From contig JAEVYX010000017.1 of NCBI GenBank assembly GCA_023392515.1, positions 1,344-65,343 on the forward strand: a stretch of DNA of 64,000 nucleotides, written 5' to 3'. Origin of the DNA: Bacillota bacterium. Its GTDB lineage: Bacteria > Bacillota > Clostridia > Christensenellales > Aristaeellaceae. A model generated the notes under the pieces. That model saw nothing but the letters and a program-made list of their open reading frames with translations. It was not told where the DNA came from and did not search any database. Numbering within the stretch: position 1 is the first letter of the stretch; every line of letters begins with the position of its first letter. Made by a program: the position numbers and the translations under genes. Below are positions 37,472 to 46,977 of the stretch, piece by piece.

Positions 37472-38737
37472 ATGAAGACAAGAGCACTCAGGTTATATGG
37501 AGCTTCAGACCTGCGGTTGGAATCTTTTGAACTTCCGGAAATTCGGGATGATGAAATTCTGGTGGAAGTTATTACTGACAGTATCTGCATGTCCACCTAT
37601 AAATGCGCTACCCTGGGAGTAAAGCACAAAAGAGTTCCCAAGGATGTGGCGCAGCATCCGGTTATCATGGGGCATGAATTTGCCGGCAATATCGTAAAGG
37701 TGGGAAAAAAGCATCAGCATAAATTTGCACCTGGCATGAAATTTACTTTGCAGCCGGCTTTAAACTACAAGGGCAGCATGGCGTCTCCTGGTTACTCTTA
37801 TCAATTCTTTGGAGGGGATGCCACCTACTGCATCATTCCGCAAGAGGTGATGGAGCTGAATTGTTTGCTTGAATATGGCGGCGATGCTTATTTTGAAGCA
37901 TCCCTGGCCGAGCCTATGAGCTGTTCCATCGGCGCATTCCATGCTTGCTTTCATACAAAAATGGGTGTGTATCACCATGACATGGGAATTCGAGAAGGCG
38001 GAAAAGTGGCGATACTTGCGGGGGCAGGCCCTATGGGGTTGGGCGCTATTGATTATGCCCTTCATTGTGACCGGAGGCCTAGACAGCTTGTTGTAACGGA
38101 CATCAATGAGGAACGCCTTGTAAGGGCGCGAGAGCTTTTTTCTAAAGAAAACGCGAAGAAAATCGGCATCGATCTGGAATTTATCAACACTTCGGAATTG
38201 GACAATCCTGCAGCAAGTTTGCGTTTATTATCTGACGGCGGTTTTGATGATGTTTTTGCTTTTGCTCCGGTTCGATCTGTAGCGGAGCTGGCATCCAAAA
38301 TTTTGGGCAGGGACGGCTGCCTCAATTTCTTCGCCGGCCCGGAGGATCCGGGATTCAGCGCAGAGCTTAATTATTATGATGTGCACTATAATTCTGCTCA
38401 CGTAATCGGAACTACCGGGGGCAACACACAGGATATGATTGAATCCCTGGAACTGACAGCGGCGGGGCGGATTACACCTGCGGTTATGGTAACGCATATC
38501 GGCGGCTTGGATGCAGCGGGAGAAGCTACCTTGCATTTGCCATCAATCCCTGGTGGGAAAAAATTGATATATACACATATAAACATGCCGCTAACGGCAA
38601 TTGCGGAATTCGGCAGCAAAGCGGCAGAGGATAAGCGGTTTGGGGATTTGGATCAAATCACCAGAAAAAATGGCGGCTTGTGGTGTTTGGAAGCTGAACG
38701 GTATCTGATGCAGCATTGGACCAAGATAGATGCTTGA
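37472..38737 (+). CDS. L-sorbose-1-phosphate-reductase-like (SorE-type) zinc dehydrogenase
   Basis: 421 aa. The segments MKTRALRLYGASDLRLESFELPEIRDDEILVEVITDS, GHEFAGNIVKVGKKHQHKFAPG, FFAGPEDPGFSAELNYYDVHY and GGKKLIYT align with my recollection of enterobacterial SorE. Confidence 0.65.
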   Translation: MKTRALRLYGASDLRLESFELPEIRDDEILVEVITDSICMSTYKCATLGVKHKRVPKDVAQHPVIMGHEFAGNIVKVGKKHQHKFAPGMKFTLQPALNYKGSMASPGYSYQFFGGDATYCIIPQEVMELNCLLEYGGDAYFEASLAEPMSCSIGAFHACFHTKMGVYHHDMGIREGGKVAILAGAGPMGLGAIDYALHCDRRPRQLVVTDINEERLVRARELFSKENAKKIGIDLEFINTSELDNPAASLRLLSDGGFDDVFAFAPVRSVAELASKILGRDGCLNFFAGPEDPGFSAELNYYDVHYNSAHVIGTTGGNTQDMIESLELTAAGRITPAVMVTHIGGLDAAGEATLHLPSIPGGKKLIYTHINMPLTAIAEFGSKAAEDKRFGDLDQITRKNGGLWCLEAERYLMQHWTKIDA

Positions 38738-38858
38738 AAAATGATCGGACCATATCCTGGCGGCGAGGGGTGTAATAGAAAACAAGGCTTCATGTATCGT
38801 GGGTTATTATGACATAAAACTTGATACAAGCATATTGACAATTCCAATGTTTGAATGT

Positions 38859-38915
38859 ATGATTGAAATGTGATTATAACGAACATTAACTGCCGAAATT
38901 ATGGTTGAAAATGAC
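38859..38915. promoter_or_regulatory. Two copies of the ATGATTGAAAATGA-like motif
   Basis: ATGATTGAAATGTGA (38859-38873) and ATGGTTGAAAATGAC (38901-38915) lie in the AT-rich spacer between convergent genes. Confidence 0.4.
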
Positions 38916-38958
38916 AAATTTCTAACGTTCTATAAAGGTGCCGAATGCTGTGCGGCAA

Positions 38959-39723
38959 TCAATCCTCCGCGAAATGGAGCTTTGTGCGAAACTCGTTCCA
39001 GCATTCGTTTTCAAATACATTGGAACGGTTGGTAATGATGGAGGTTACCTCTGAGAGGGGGGCTACTTTGCAGAAGGCGGTGCGCCCAAACTTGCTGGAA
39101 TCTGCCAGAAGAACGACGGACTTGGCCTGGCGCATCATGGTTGATTTCAGATTGGCGACTTCCTCCCCTTGGTCGGTCAAGCCGTTTTTGCTATCCACGG
39201 ATTGAACGGAGAAAAGAAAGATATCTGCAAATTTCTTTGTAACGCAGCTTTCGGCAAATGGCCCGACCAACGAAGCCGTGTTGCGGTGATAAGTTCCGCC
39301 GGTACAAATGAGGGTACACTTGATTTGTTCGGCAACCAAAGTAGATGTTTGCAAACAGTTGGTGATAATTGTCAAATTTGCCTTATGGGCAAGAAAAGGG
39401 ATTAATTCCATCACGGTTGTGCTGGCATCCAGAAACAATACGTCATTATCCCGGACTAGGTCGGCAGCCTTTCTGGCGATACGTTTTTTTTCTGCATTAT
39501 GTTCCGCCGCTCTCACGGCCAGAGGTGTCTCAACGTTGGAACCTGAATTGCAGATGGCGCCGCCCCGAATTCTTCTGATCAATCCTTGCTGCTCCAATTC
39601 CTCCAGGTCCCGCCTAATGGTTGCCTCACTAAAAAAGAGCTGATCACGCAAGTGGATAACAGACAGAAAGGAATTGGTTTGAAACAGCTCCATGATCTTC
39701 TGCTGACGTTCGATGCCCAGCAT
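38959..39723 (-). CDS. DeoR-family transcriptional regulator
   Basis: ORF 38959-39768. ATG 39723 lies 7 nt after GGGAGGG. The HTH reads VIHLRDQLFFSEATIRRDLEELEQQG. The sensor motif is LFLDASTTVMELIPFL. Confidence 0.85.
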   Translation of the reverse strand: MLGIERQQKIMELFQTNSFLSVIHLRDQLFFSEATIRRDLEELEQQGLIRRIRGGAICNSGSNVETPLAVRAAEHNAEKKRIARKAADLVRDNDVLFLDASTTVMELIPFLAHKANLTIITNCLQTSTLVAEQIKCTLICTGGTYHRNTASLVGPFAESCVTKKFADIFLFSVQSVDSKNGLTDQGEEVANLKSTMMRQAKSVVLLADSSKFGRTAFCKVAPLSEVTSIITNRSNVFENECWNEFRTKLHFAED

Positions 39724-39868
39724 AGTTGTGCCCTCCCTGTAATTGAATCTTGAATAGCGCCTGCCCATTTACTGCTTATTCCGCATATGGATGGCGGCCA
39801 GGATTTTGGAACGAAGAAGCGGGAAAGGGAGATTTGCTGCATGGTTTTTGCACGAAGTATTGCACTAT

Positions 39869-39925
39869 TTGATTGATTAATGATTAACGAATGATTGAAA
39901 ATGACCGATGATGATTGAAGGATGG
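39869..39925. promoter_or_regulatory. Cluster of ATGATTGA-type repeats in the divergent DeoR/ABC control region
   Basis: TTGATTGATTAATGATTAAC (39869-88), ATGATTGAAAATGAC (39891-905) and ATGATTGAAGGATGG (39911-25). Confidence 0.45.
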
Positions 39926-40281
39926 GGATTCCGTGCGTAATGCAAAATCTTGCTGCCCCTCTTTCACTCACAAAAATTATAGTATAAAATAGGCATGAAG
40001 TCAACGAAATGTATGGTAAATTGTACAATCGATAAATGATTCGCCGTTGCTTTGCACAATTTGATAAAAATAGCGATCAAAATGTGACGGTAATTGATTG
40101 GAAAGTAACGATTGTTGAGCGGAATGGAAAGGTAAATGCAGGAAAACGCTCAAATTCTTACACGACCCCTGTTGCATATGTGGTAACCATTGCAACTTGG
40201 ATATTCCTATAGGAAGGAGTGAAAAATCCACACGCGTTACCTTGAAAAACAACTATAAAAACAATAAGGAGGAAATGGATA

Positions 40282-41562
40282 ATGAAAAAATTGGTAGCAC
40301 TGACGTTGGCCCTCATACTCGCTATTGGCATGGTGCAGATCGCCTCAGCCGACGAGCCCACCGTAATTCAATTCTGGCACTCCTACGGTTCTGGTGCAAA
40401 CATGGAGGCAACTGACAAGGTTGTTGCTGGGTTTAATGAACTGTATAAAGGCAAGTACGAAGTGGTTGCCACCTTCCAGGGAAACTACGCCGAACTTCTG
40501 AGCAAGTTCATGGTTGCGTATCCCGCTAACGAAAACCCCACCATCTCCATCTGTGACGCTCCTGACTCCCAGCAGCTCATTACGTACAGCATGCTGGAGA
40601 ACATCACTGCCTTGGACGCAGCAGATGATGAGTTCGATGCCAACGATTTCTTGGATGGTTTTATGAACTATGGTACTGCTGCTGATGGCACCGTATACGC
40701 TCTGCCGTTTGCCCGCTCCACTCCCCTCATGTATGTGAACCTGGACTTGGTCAAGCAAGCTTATGGCGAAGCGATCGTTCCCAAGACCTGGGATGAATTC
40801 CTTGCTGTGGCGAAAGCTGTTCGCGATAACACCGACAAAGAAGCTTTCACTTGCGAAATTTCCAACTGGTTCTATGGAAACTTTGTAACCGCTCAGGGCT
40901 ATCAGTTCCTCACCGATGACGGCCAAGGCTCCATGCTGGCTGTTGACGATGCGGCTCTCAAGGCTTTGGAATGGTGGGGCATGCTCAAGGAAGAAGGCCT
41001 GTACGCCGTTCCCCCTCTCACCTCTCAGGGCACCTGGATGCTGGAAGAATTCTACAAGGGCAACATCGCTATCCTGTTCCAGTCCACTGGCAACGCCCGT
41101 AACGTAGCCAAGAACACCGAGGGCAAGTTTGAAGTGGCCGCTGGATTCCTGCCTGCCAAAGCCCGCAATGCTGTCAGCACCGGCGGCGGAAACATCGTAA
41201 TGTTCAACAACCGCAGCGAGGCCGAAAAAGAAGCCGGCTGGGCATTCCTGAAGTATGCTACCAATTTGGAGAATAACGCTGCTTTCAACGAGGGTACCGG
41301 CTACATGCTGACCCACAAGGATTCCGCCTCTCTGGAAAGCGTGCAGAAGCTGTGGGAAGAAGCCCCCATGTTCAAGGTTGCTTACGACCAGTTGCAGTAT
41401 GTATATGACTGCTACGTATCTCCCTACTGGGCCGAGCTGAATCTGGAGATCGTAAAAACGCTGCAGAGCTTCCTCCAGGATGGCACAATGAACGCGCAAC
41501 AGGCGTACGAAGAAATCCTCTTCTCCTGTGACACCATTCTGCCTAACGGAAACGTTAAGTAA
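40282..41562 (+). CDS. Family-1 extracellular solute-binding protein (sugar / glycerophosphodiester-type)
   Basis: MKKLVALTLALILAIGMVQIASA looks like a signal peptide. The RBS is AAGGAGG. It is 426 aa. Confidence 0.85.
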   Translation: MKKLVALTLALILAIGMVQIASADEPTVIQFWHSYGSGANMEATDKVVAGFNELYKGKYEVVATFQGNYAELLSKFMVAYPANENPTISICDAPDSQQLITYSMLENITALDAADDEFDANDFLDGFMNYGTAADGTVYALPFARSTPLMYVNLDLVKQAYGEAIVPKTWDEFLAVAKAVRDNTDKEAFTCEISNWFYGNFVTAQGYQFLTDDGQGSMLAVDDAALKALEWWGMLKEEGLYAVPPLTSQGTWMLEEFYKGNIAILFQSTGNARNVAKNTEGKFEVAAGFLPAKARNAVSTGGGNIVMFNNRSEAEKEAGWAFLKYATNLENNAAFNEGTGYMLTHKDSASLESVQKLWEEAPMFKVAYDQLQYVYDCYVSPYWAELNLEIVKTLQSFLQDGTMNAQQAYEEILFSCDTILPNGNVK

Positions 41563-41584
41563 GAGAAAACCTTTTTAATGAAAC

Positions 41585-41630
41585 CTGTCCAGCCTGTCTT
41601 AGACAGGCTGGACAACCTTCCCTTTTTTCC
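41585..41630 (+). terminator. Strong hairpin plus T-run directly after the SBP gene (intra-operon attenuator)
   Basis: TGTCCAGCCTGT-cttag-ACAGGCTGGACA is followed by accttcccTTTTTTcc. Confidence 0.75.
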
Positions 41631-41750
41631 CTCTTTTGTTTTCACGTTGATATCTGATATGGATATTGTTCCGGCGCTCAATGAAATGCCTGACGCCTCT
41701 GCCGGAAATCTTAGACAATTCAATCATTTTTCATCAACAGGAGGTTTATC

Positions 41751-42791
41751 ATGGCACAAATCGAATTTCGAAATGTCACCAAGAAATTCGGCGACCGGGC
41801 AATCATCGAAAACATGAACCTCACTATCAAGGATGGTTCTTTTACCGTTTTGATAGGCCCCTCTGGTTGCGGAAAAACAACGCTTTTACGCATGATAGCC
41901 GGTATTGGTCCACAAACGTCCGGGCAGGTTCTGCTGGATGGTGTGGATATTTCCCATACCCAGCCGGGTAAGCGCGGTGTTGCTATGGTTTTCCAGAATT
42001 ACGCGATATACCCTACCATGACCGTTCGTGAGAATATCGAATTCGGTCTTAAAAACAACAAGGTTCCTGAGAAGGAAAGAAAATCGCTGATTGACGAAAT
42101 CAGCCAGATTGTTGGCATTGCTGATTTGCTGGATCGTAAGCCGGGTACGTTGTCCGGCGGACAGCGTCAGCGCATCGCCTTAGCCAGAGCAATGGTAAAA
42201 AAACCCAAAGTATTCCTGATGGACGAACCGCTGTCCAACCTGGACGCAAAGCTGCGTGTTGCAATGCGCATCGAGCTGATTGAGCTGCACAAACAGTTGA
42301 AAACCACCTTCGTTTATGTAACACATGACCAGGTCGAAGCAATGTCCATGGCAGATAATATTATCCTGATGAATAAAGGTATCATTCAGCAGGAGGATGC
42401 GCCTCATGATATATATCACAACCCTCATAATATGTTTACCGCCCAATTCATCGGCTCTCCTCAAATGAACATATTGCCGGCAGAGACGGATGGGGTGTGT
42501 TTTGGCTTCCGGCCTGAGAAGGTCATTCTGTCCAATCTGGATTGCGGCGGCTTTTATTGCGGTGTGGGCCGTATCATCACCAAAGAAATGCTGGGCTCAG
42601 AAACGATTTATCAGATTCGATTCGAAGGCCGCTCCATCATGGTCAAGAGTTTGGATGAAACGTTTGAAGCAGATCGGGACATCAAGTTTTCCGTTCGTGA
42701 GGAAGACATTCTCTTTTTTGACAGGGACAAAAATCGAATTTTCCAAACAGATGGGCAGTATGCGATCCAACTGGCCAAACTGAGGAGGTAG
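41751..42791 (+). CDS. ABC transporter ATP-binding protein (MalK/UgpC/MsmX type)
   Basis: Walker A GPSGCGKTT, signature LSGGQRQRIALARA and Walker B VFLMDEPLSNLD, plus a C-terminal regulatory-type domain. Confidence 0.9.
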   Translation: MAQIEFRNVTKKFGDRAIIENMNLTIKDGSFTVLIGPSGCGKTTLLRMIAGIGPQTSGQVLLDGVDISHTQPGKRGVAMVFQNYAIYPTMTVRENIEFGLKNNKVPEKERKSLIDEISQIVGIADLLDRKPGTLSGGQRQRIALARAMVKKPKVFLMDEPLSNLDAKLRVAMRIELIELHKQLKTTFVYVTHDQVEAMSMADNIILMNKGIIQQEDAPHDIYHNPHNMFTAQFIGSPQMNILPAETDGVCFGFRPEKVILSNLDCGGFYCGVGRIITKEMLGSETIYQIRFEGRSIMVKSLDETFEADRDIKFSVREEDILFFDRDKNRIFQTDGQYAIQLAKLRR

Positions 42792-42795
42792 TCTG

Positions 42796-43683
42796 ATGAA
42801 CGACCTGTCACGAAGCCAACGAATGGATAAAGTTCGGCCATACCTGTTTATATTGCCAGCCATGGTGTTCCTAGGTGTCTTTGTAATATATCCTATCATT
42901 GACTTAATCATCCGCAGTTTTCAGACCTGGAATCTGGTTAATCCGCCAACGTGGGCGGGGCTTAAGAATTATCAAATCATTTTTCGCAAGCGTGACTTTT
43001 TGGATTCTCTGGTGAATACCGGGGTATATACGGTCTTCGGTGTAAGTATCCAGCTGGGGCTTTCTATCCTATTAGCGACGTGGCTACGCAAGTCTAAAAG
43101 GTTGAACAACTTTACGAGAACCGCCATGTTTATGCCCCACATCATTTCTCTTTTATCCGTAGCAATGGTGTGGATGTGGATCATGGATGAAAAGACAGGC
43201 TTGCTGAATCTTGTTTTGGGCTGGTTTGGCGTGCCTGGTCTACGCTGGCTGCAAAGCTCTGATACTGCCATGATGTCTATCATCCTTGTTTCCGTCTGGA
43301 AAAGCTTGGGGTATCACACCATGATCATCTATGCCGCACTCCAGGGTGTTCCTTCGGAGCTGTATGAGGCGGCTGATTTGGATAATGCCGGGCGTTTGCG
43401 CACCTTCTTTAAGATCACCCTGCCCATGATCTCTCCTCAGACATTCATGTTGCTGATCACCATGACTATTGGCTCATTTAAAGTTTTTGAAACCATCCGC
43501 ATCATGACAGGCGGCGGCCCAGGCTCGGCGACAGAGGTGTTGGTCTACTACATTTATCAGCAAGCCTTCTATTACCAGAAGGTGGGCCTGGCTTCGGCAG
43601 CCGGCGTCGTGCTTCTTGCCATCGTCGGCGTTCTGACGGCAATCTATTTTCTGGCACTTTCCAAGAAGGTGCACTATCAATAA
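42796..43683 (+). CDS. ABC transporter permease
   Basis: The EAA loop is YEAADLDNAGRLRTFFKITLPMISP. Confidence 0.9.
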   Translation: MNDLSRSQRMDKVRPYLFILPAMVFLGVFVIYPIIDLIIRSFQTWNLVNPPTWAGLKNYQIIFRKRDFLDSLVNTGVYTVFGVSIQLGLSILLATWLRKSKRLNNFTRTAMFMPHIISLLSVAMVWMWIMDEKTGLLNLVLGWFGVPGLRWLQSSDTAMMSIILVSVWKSLGYHTMIIYAALQGVPSELYEAADLDNAGRLRTFFKITLPMISPQTFMLLITMTIGSFKVFETIRIMTGGGPGSATEVLVYYIYQQAFYYQKVGLASAAGVVLLAIVGVLTAIYFLALSKKVHYQ

Positions 43684-43717
43684 GCACTTCGCGTGCTGGA
43701 AAAGGAGTGGCTGTCTC

Positions 43718-44545
43718 ATGAAGGAAAATATCAGCATATCCAAGGTGTTGGCTTTCTTAGCAAAATGCGTGCTGATTGTTATTTTCATTTTTCCCTTTCT
43801 TTGGATGATTGTTACCGCCTTTAAGACCTACGATGAAACCATCATTTATCCGCCCACACTCATTCCTCAAAGCCTGCAGTGGGTGAACTTTAAAACCGTA
43901 TGGGAATCCGGCCCGTATTTGATGTATCTGAAAAACAGTCTAGTTGTCACCTTGTCCATCCTGGCGATCCAGATTTTTGTCATGGTGCCCGCGTCGTTTT
44001 CGTTTGCACGGTATAAATTCAAGGGTAACGGGCTGTTGTTTGGTGTGGTTATGATCGCCTTTATGATTCCGTCCCAGATCACATTTATCTCGATTTACTT
44101 CATGTTTGCCAAACTGGGATGGCTCAAGACGCTCCTGCCTCAGATTCTTCCTTTCGGTGCCAATGCGTTTGGTATTTTCCTGCTGCGTCAGGCCTTTAAG
44201 CAGGTTCCGGAAGAGATTCTGGAATCAGCTCGCCTGGACAATGCCACAGAGATGCAATTGCTGAGCAGGGTGATGCTGCCCATGGCGAAACCAACATTGA
44301 TTTCTATCATGATGCTCGCCTTTATCAGCCATTGGAATGACTACTTCTGGCCTTTCGTTATGACCAACTCCATTGAGGTTCGGCCCTTAACCATTGGTAT
44401 TGCCGCGCTTAGGAGCATTGAAGGTGCATTTGATTGGCATATCATCATGGCTGGCAATGTGATTCTTGTTATGCCGATTGTGCTGGTGTATCTCTTCTTT
44501 AATAAAAAAATTGTCAATGCATTTGTCTATAACGGCATCAAATAG
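43718..44545 (+). CDS. ABC transporter permease
   Basis: The EAA loop is LESARLDNATEMQLLSRVMLPMAKP. Confidence 0.9.
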   Translation: MKENISISKVLAFLAKCVLIVIFIFPFLWMIVTAFKTYDETIIYPPTLIPQSLQWVNFKTVWESGPYLMYLKNSLVVTLSILAIQIFVMVPASFSFARYKFKGNGLLFGVVMIAFMIPSQITFISIYFMFAKLGWLKTLLPQILPFGANAFGIFLLRQAFKQVPEEILESARLDNATEMQLLSRVMLPMAKPTLISIMMLAFISHWNDYFWPFVMTNSIEVRPLTIGIAALRSIEGAFDWHIIMAGNVILVMPIVLVYLFFNKKIVNAFVYNGIK

Positions 44546-44576
44546 TGACATTCACAAAGGCGGAAGAGGAAACGAT

Positions 44577-45425
44577 ATGACGCTAGTTTCAACAAAGAAA
44601 ATGTTGTTGGATGCACAGAGTGGCGGCTATGCCGTTGGAGCATTCAATGCAGAGAATATGGAGATGGCTCAGGCCATCATTAGTGCTGCGCAGGCTTTGA
44701 ATGCGCCGGTGATTGTACAAACAACGCCTTCCACCGTAAAGTACGGGGATTTGCGGCAATTCAGTGCCCTTATTCAAGCGATTGGCAGTGAAGTACAAAC
44801 GCCTGTTGCCATTCACCTGGATCATGGTGATTCTTATGAGCTGGCAGCCCGGGCCGTGCTGGCAGGGTACACCTCCGTAATGATTGACGGCTCAGCCAAG
44901 CCCTATGAAGAAAATGTGGCCATAACCCGAAAGGTTGTGGAAATAGCCTCGCTGGCAGGGGTTTCTGTGGAGGCGGAGCTTGGCAAGGTCGGGGGCAAGG
45001 AGGACGGTCTTTTCGTGGAAGATGAGGCTTATACCGATCCTGAGACTGCTGCTGATTTTGCAAAAAGAACAGCCGTAGATTCCCTCGCGGTGGCGATAGG
45101 AACCGCTCACGGCTTATATGCCAAGACGCCCAAACTTGATGTAATGCGTTTAAAAGAAATCCGCCGAAGAGTGGATATTCCCCTCGTTCTCCATGGTGCT
45201 TCGGGCCTTTCCGAGGACGATGTCCGCCGGTGCATTGGCGAGGGTATTTGCAAGGTGAATTTTGCTACAGAACTGCGAATCGCCTACAGCAATGCGGTTT
45301 CTCAAACATTCAGCCAAAAGCCGGATGTGTTCGACCCCAAGGTTTATGGGAAAGCAGCCAGAATTCAAGTACAGAAACTTGTAGAAAACTGGATTACAGT
45401 CCTCGGCTGTGCGGGAAGGGCATAG
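44577..45425 (+). CDS. Class II ketose-bisphosphate aldolase family (GatY/KbaY/Fba-like)
   Basis: ORF 44466-45425, but its 5' part overlaps the permease. ATG 44577 follows GGAAGAGGA. Motifs YAVGAFNAENMEMAQAII, AIHLDHG, VEAELG, AVAIGTAHG and LVLHGASG. Confidence 0.85.
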   Translation: MTLVSTKKMLLDAQSGGYAVGAFNAENMEMAQAIISAAQALNAPVIVQTTPSTVKYGDLRQFSALIQAIGSEVQTPVAIHLDHGDSYELAARAVLAGYTSVMIDGSAKPYEENVAITRKVVEIASLAGVSVEAELGKVGGKEDGLFVEDEAYTDPETAADFAKRTAVDSLAVAIGTAHGLYAKTPKLDVMRLKEIRRRVDIPLVLHGASGLSEDDVRRCIGEGICKVNFATELRIAYSNAVSQTFSQKPDVFDPKVYGKAARIQVQKLVENWITVLGCAGRA

Positions 45426-45457
45426 CCCTACCGCATTGCTGGGAGGTTGATGTCCAT

Positions 45458-46957
45458 ATGAAAGAGTATTTGCTCGGAATTGATATTGGCTCCTCTGCAG
45501 TGAAACTGGCCCTGGCACGTACCGATGGGGAAACTGTGGCGAGCGCTTCGGGAAATTATCCCACCTATTATCCCCAAAGGGGATGGGCGGAGCAAAACCC
45601 CAATGACTGGTGGCAGGCAATTTGCCAGCAAATACGCTCACTTATTAAAAATGCGGGAATAGCGGCCAGGGATATCGGAGCCATTGGCGTGGACGGATAC
45701 AGTTGGGCAGCGGTGGCCTTGGGAAAAAAAGGCCAGGTGCTATGCAATACGCCTCTTTGGTATGATATACGGGCTGCAGAAGAGTGCACGTTTATAAGGG
45801 AGCAGCTGGGAGAAGAGCAGGTTTTTGATTTGTGCGGAAACCCTGTTCATCCCAACTATACCCTGCCCAAAGTATTGTGGTATAAAAATCATTTGGCAAA
45901 GGTAGTTCCAGGCATCCACACGATTCTGCAAACCAACGGTTTTATTGTCTACCGCTTGACGGGGGAGCTGACCCAGGACGTGTCCCAGGCATATGGGTAT
46001 CACTGTTTTGATATCCGGCGGGGAACGTGGAACTTAGGCATGCTGGAAAAGCTGGGCATTGATCCCCAATGGCTCCCCGAGATTTCTTCCTGCAGCCAAG
46101 TGGTGGGAACGGTTACGGCTGCGGCTGCCCGGGAGACGGGGCTGCATCCTGGAACGCTTGTTGTGGCTGGGGGGCTGGATGCTGCCTGCGGCACATTAGG
46201 TGCGGGCGTTCTCCACCGGGGTCAGACCCAAGAGCAAGGCGGGCAAGCTGGCGGTGTGAGCATTTGCACAGATGATTGCATACCGGTTAAAAACATGATT
46301 CTCAGCAACCATGTAGTGCCCGGCCGATGGCTTGTGCAGGGAGGCACGGTGGGCGGCGGCGGGATTATGCGCTGGCTTGCCGGTATCCTGAAGGCACAGG
46401 AAAGTGCGGACAGCGCTGAATACTTCGCACAGATGGATCAATGGGCCGGGCAGGTGCCCGCAGGTGCCGAAGGGCTTTTATTTTTGCCCTATATGGCCGG
46501 CGAACGGTCACCCATCTGGGATGAAAATGCCAAGGGTGTTTTCTTTGGGCTGGATTATGCTAAAAATCGCGGACATATCATCCGTGCCGCAATGGAAGGG
46601 GCTGCTTTTGCGCTTAAGCACAATTTAGAAGCAGCAGGGTCGGCAGCCGACAACGTTCAGGAAATGAGGTCAGTTGGCGGTGCGTCCAAAAGCAGCATAT
46701 GGATGCAGATAAAAGCCGATATCACCGGCATACCCATCCGCCCGGCAGGGGGCGATTTGGCTACCGCCCGAGGGGCGCTAATCCTGGCAGGCGTTGGAAC
46801 CGGGATGCTTCCCGGCTTTGAAAAGGCATGTGAGCAGTTTGTGCAGTTGGGGCCTGTATATGTCCCGGATGGAGCACAAAAGGCACGCTATGATGTGAAC
46901 TATGATCGGTATTTACGGCTTTATACACAGCTGAAAGAATTAATGAAAGGGTGTTGA
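45458..46957 (+). CDS. FGGY-family carbohydrate kinase (xylulokinase-like)
   Basis: ORF 45230-46957. ATG 45458 lies 11 nt after GGGAGG. Motifs LLGIDIGSSAVK, GWAEQNPNDWW and VGGASKSSIWMQIKADITG. Confidence 0.85.
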   Translation: MKEYLLGIDIGSSAVKLALARTDGETVASASGNYPTYYPQRGWAEQNPNDWWQAICQQIRSLIKNAGIAARDIGAIGVDGYSWAAVALGKKGQVLCNTPLWYDIRAAEECTFIREQLGEEQVFDLCGNPVHPNYTLPKVLWYKNHLAKVVPGIHTILQTNGFIVYRLTGELTQDVSQAYGYHCFDIRRGTWNLGMLEKLGIDPQWLPEISSCSQVVGTVTAAAARETGLHPGTLVVAGGLDAACGTLGAGVLHRGQTQEQGGQAGGVSICTDDCIPVKNMILSNHVVPGRWLVQGGTVGGGGIMRWLAGILKAQESADSAEYFAQMDQWAGQVPAGAEGLLFLPYMAGERSPIWDENAKGVFFGLDYAKNRGHIIRAAMEGAAFALKHNLEAAGSAADNVQEMRSVGGASKSSIWMQIKADITGIPIRPAGGDLATARGALILAGVGTGMLPGFEKACEQFVQLGPVYVPDGAQKARYDVNYDRYLRLYTQLKELMKGC

Positions 46958-46977
46958 GATTGGCACTTCAACAGACC

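Noticed and set aside
40345-41499. 384-aa minus-strand ORF
   Set aside because: It is antisense to the SBP gene, which has a signal peptide and a strong RBS. It is a shadow ORF.
44466-44576. Upstream in-frame extensions of the aldolase ORF (and likewise 45230-45457, 52550-52696, 34416-34499, 23292-23399, 54839-54886)
   Set aside because: The extensions overlap the 3' end of the preceding gene or the spacer. They give non-homologous N-termini and lack RBSs. The internal ATGs have RBSs and family-typical N-termini.
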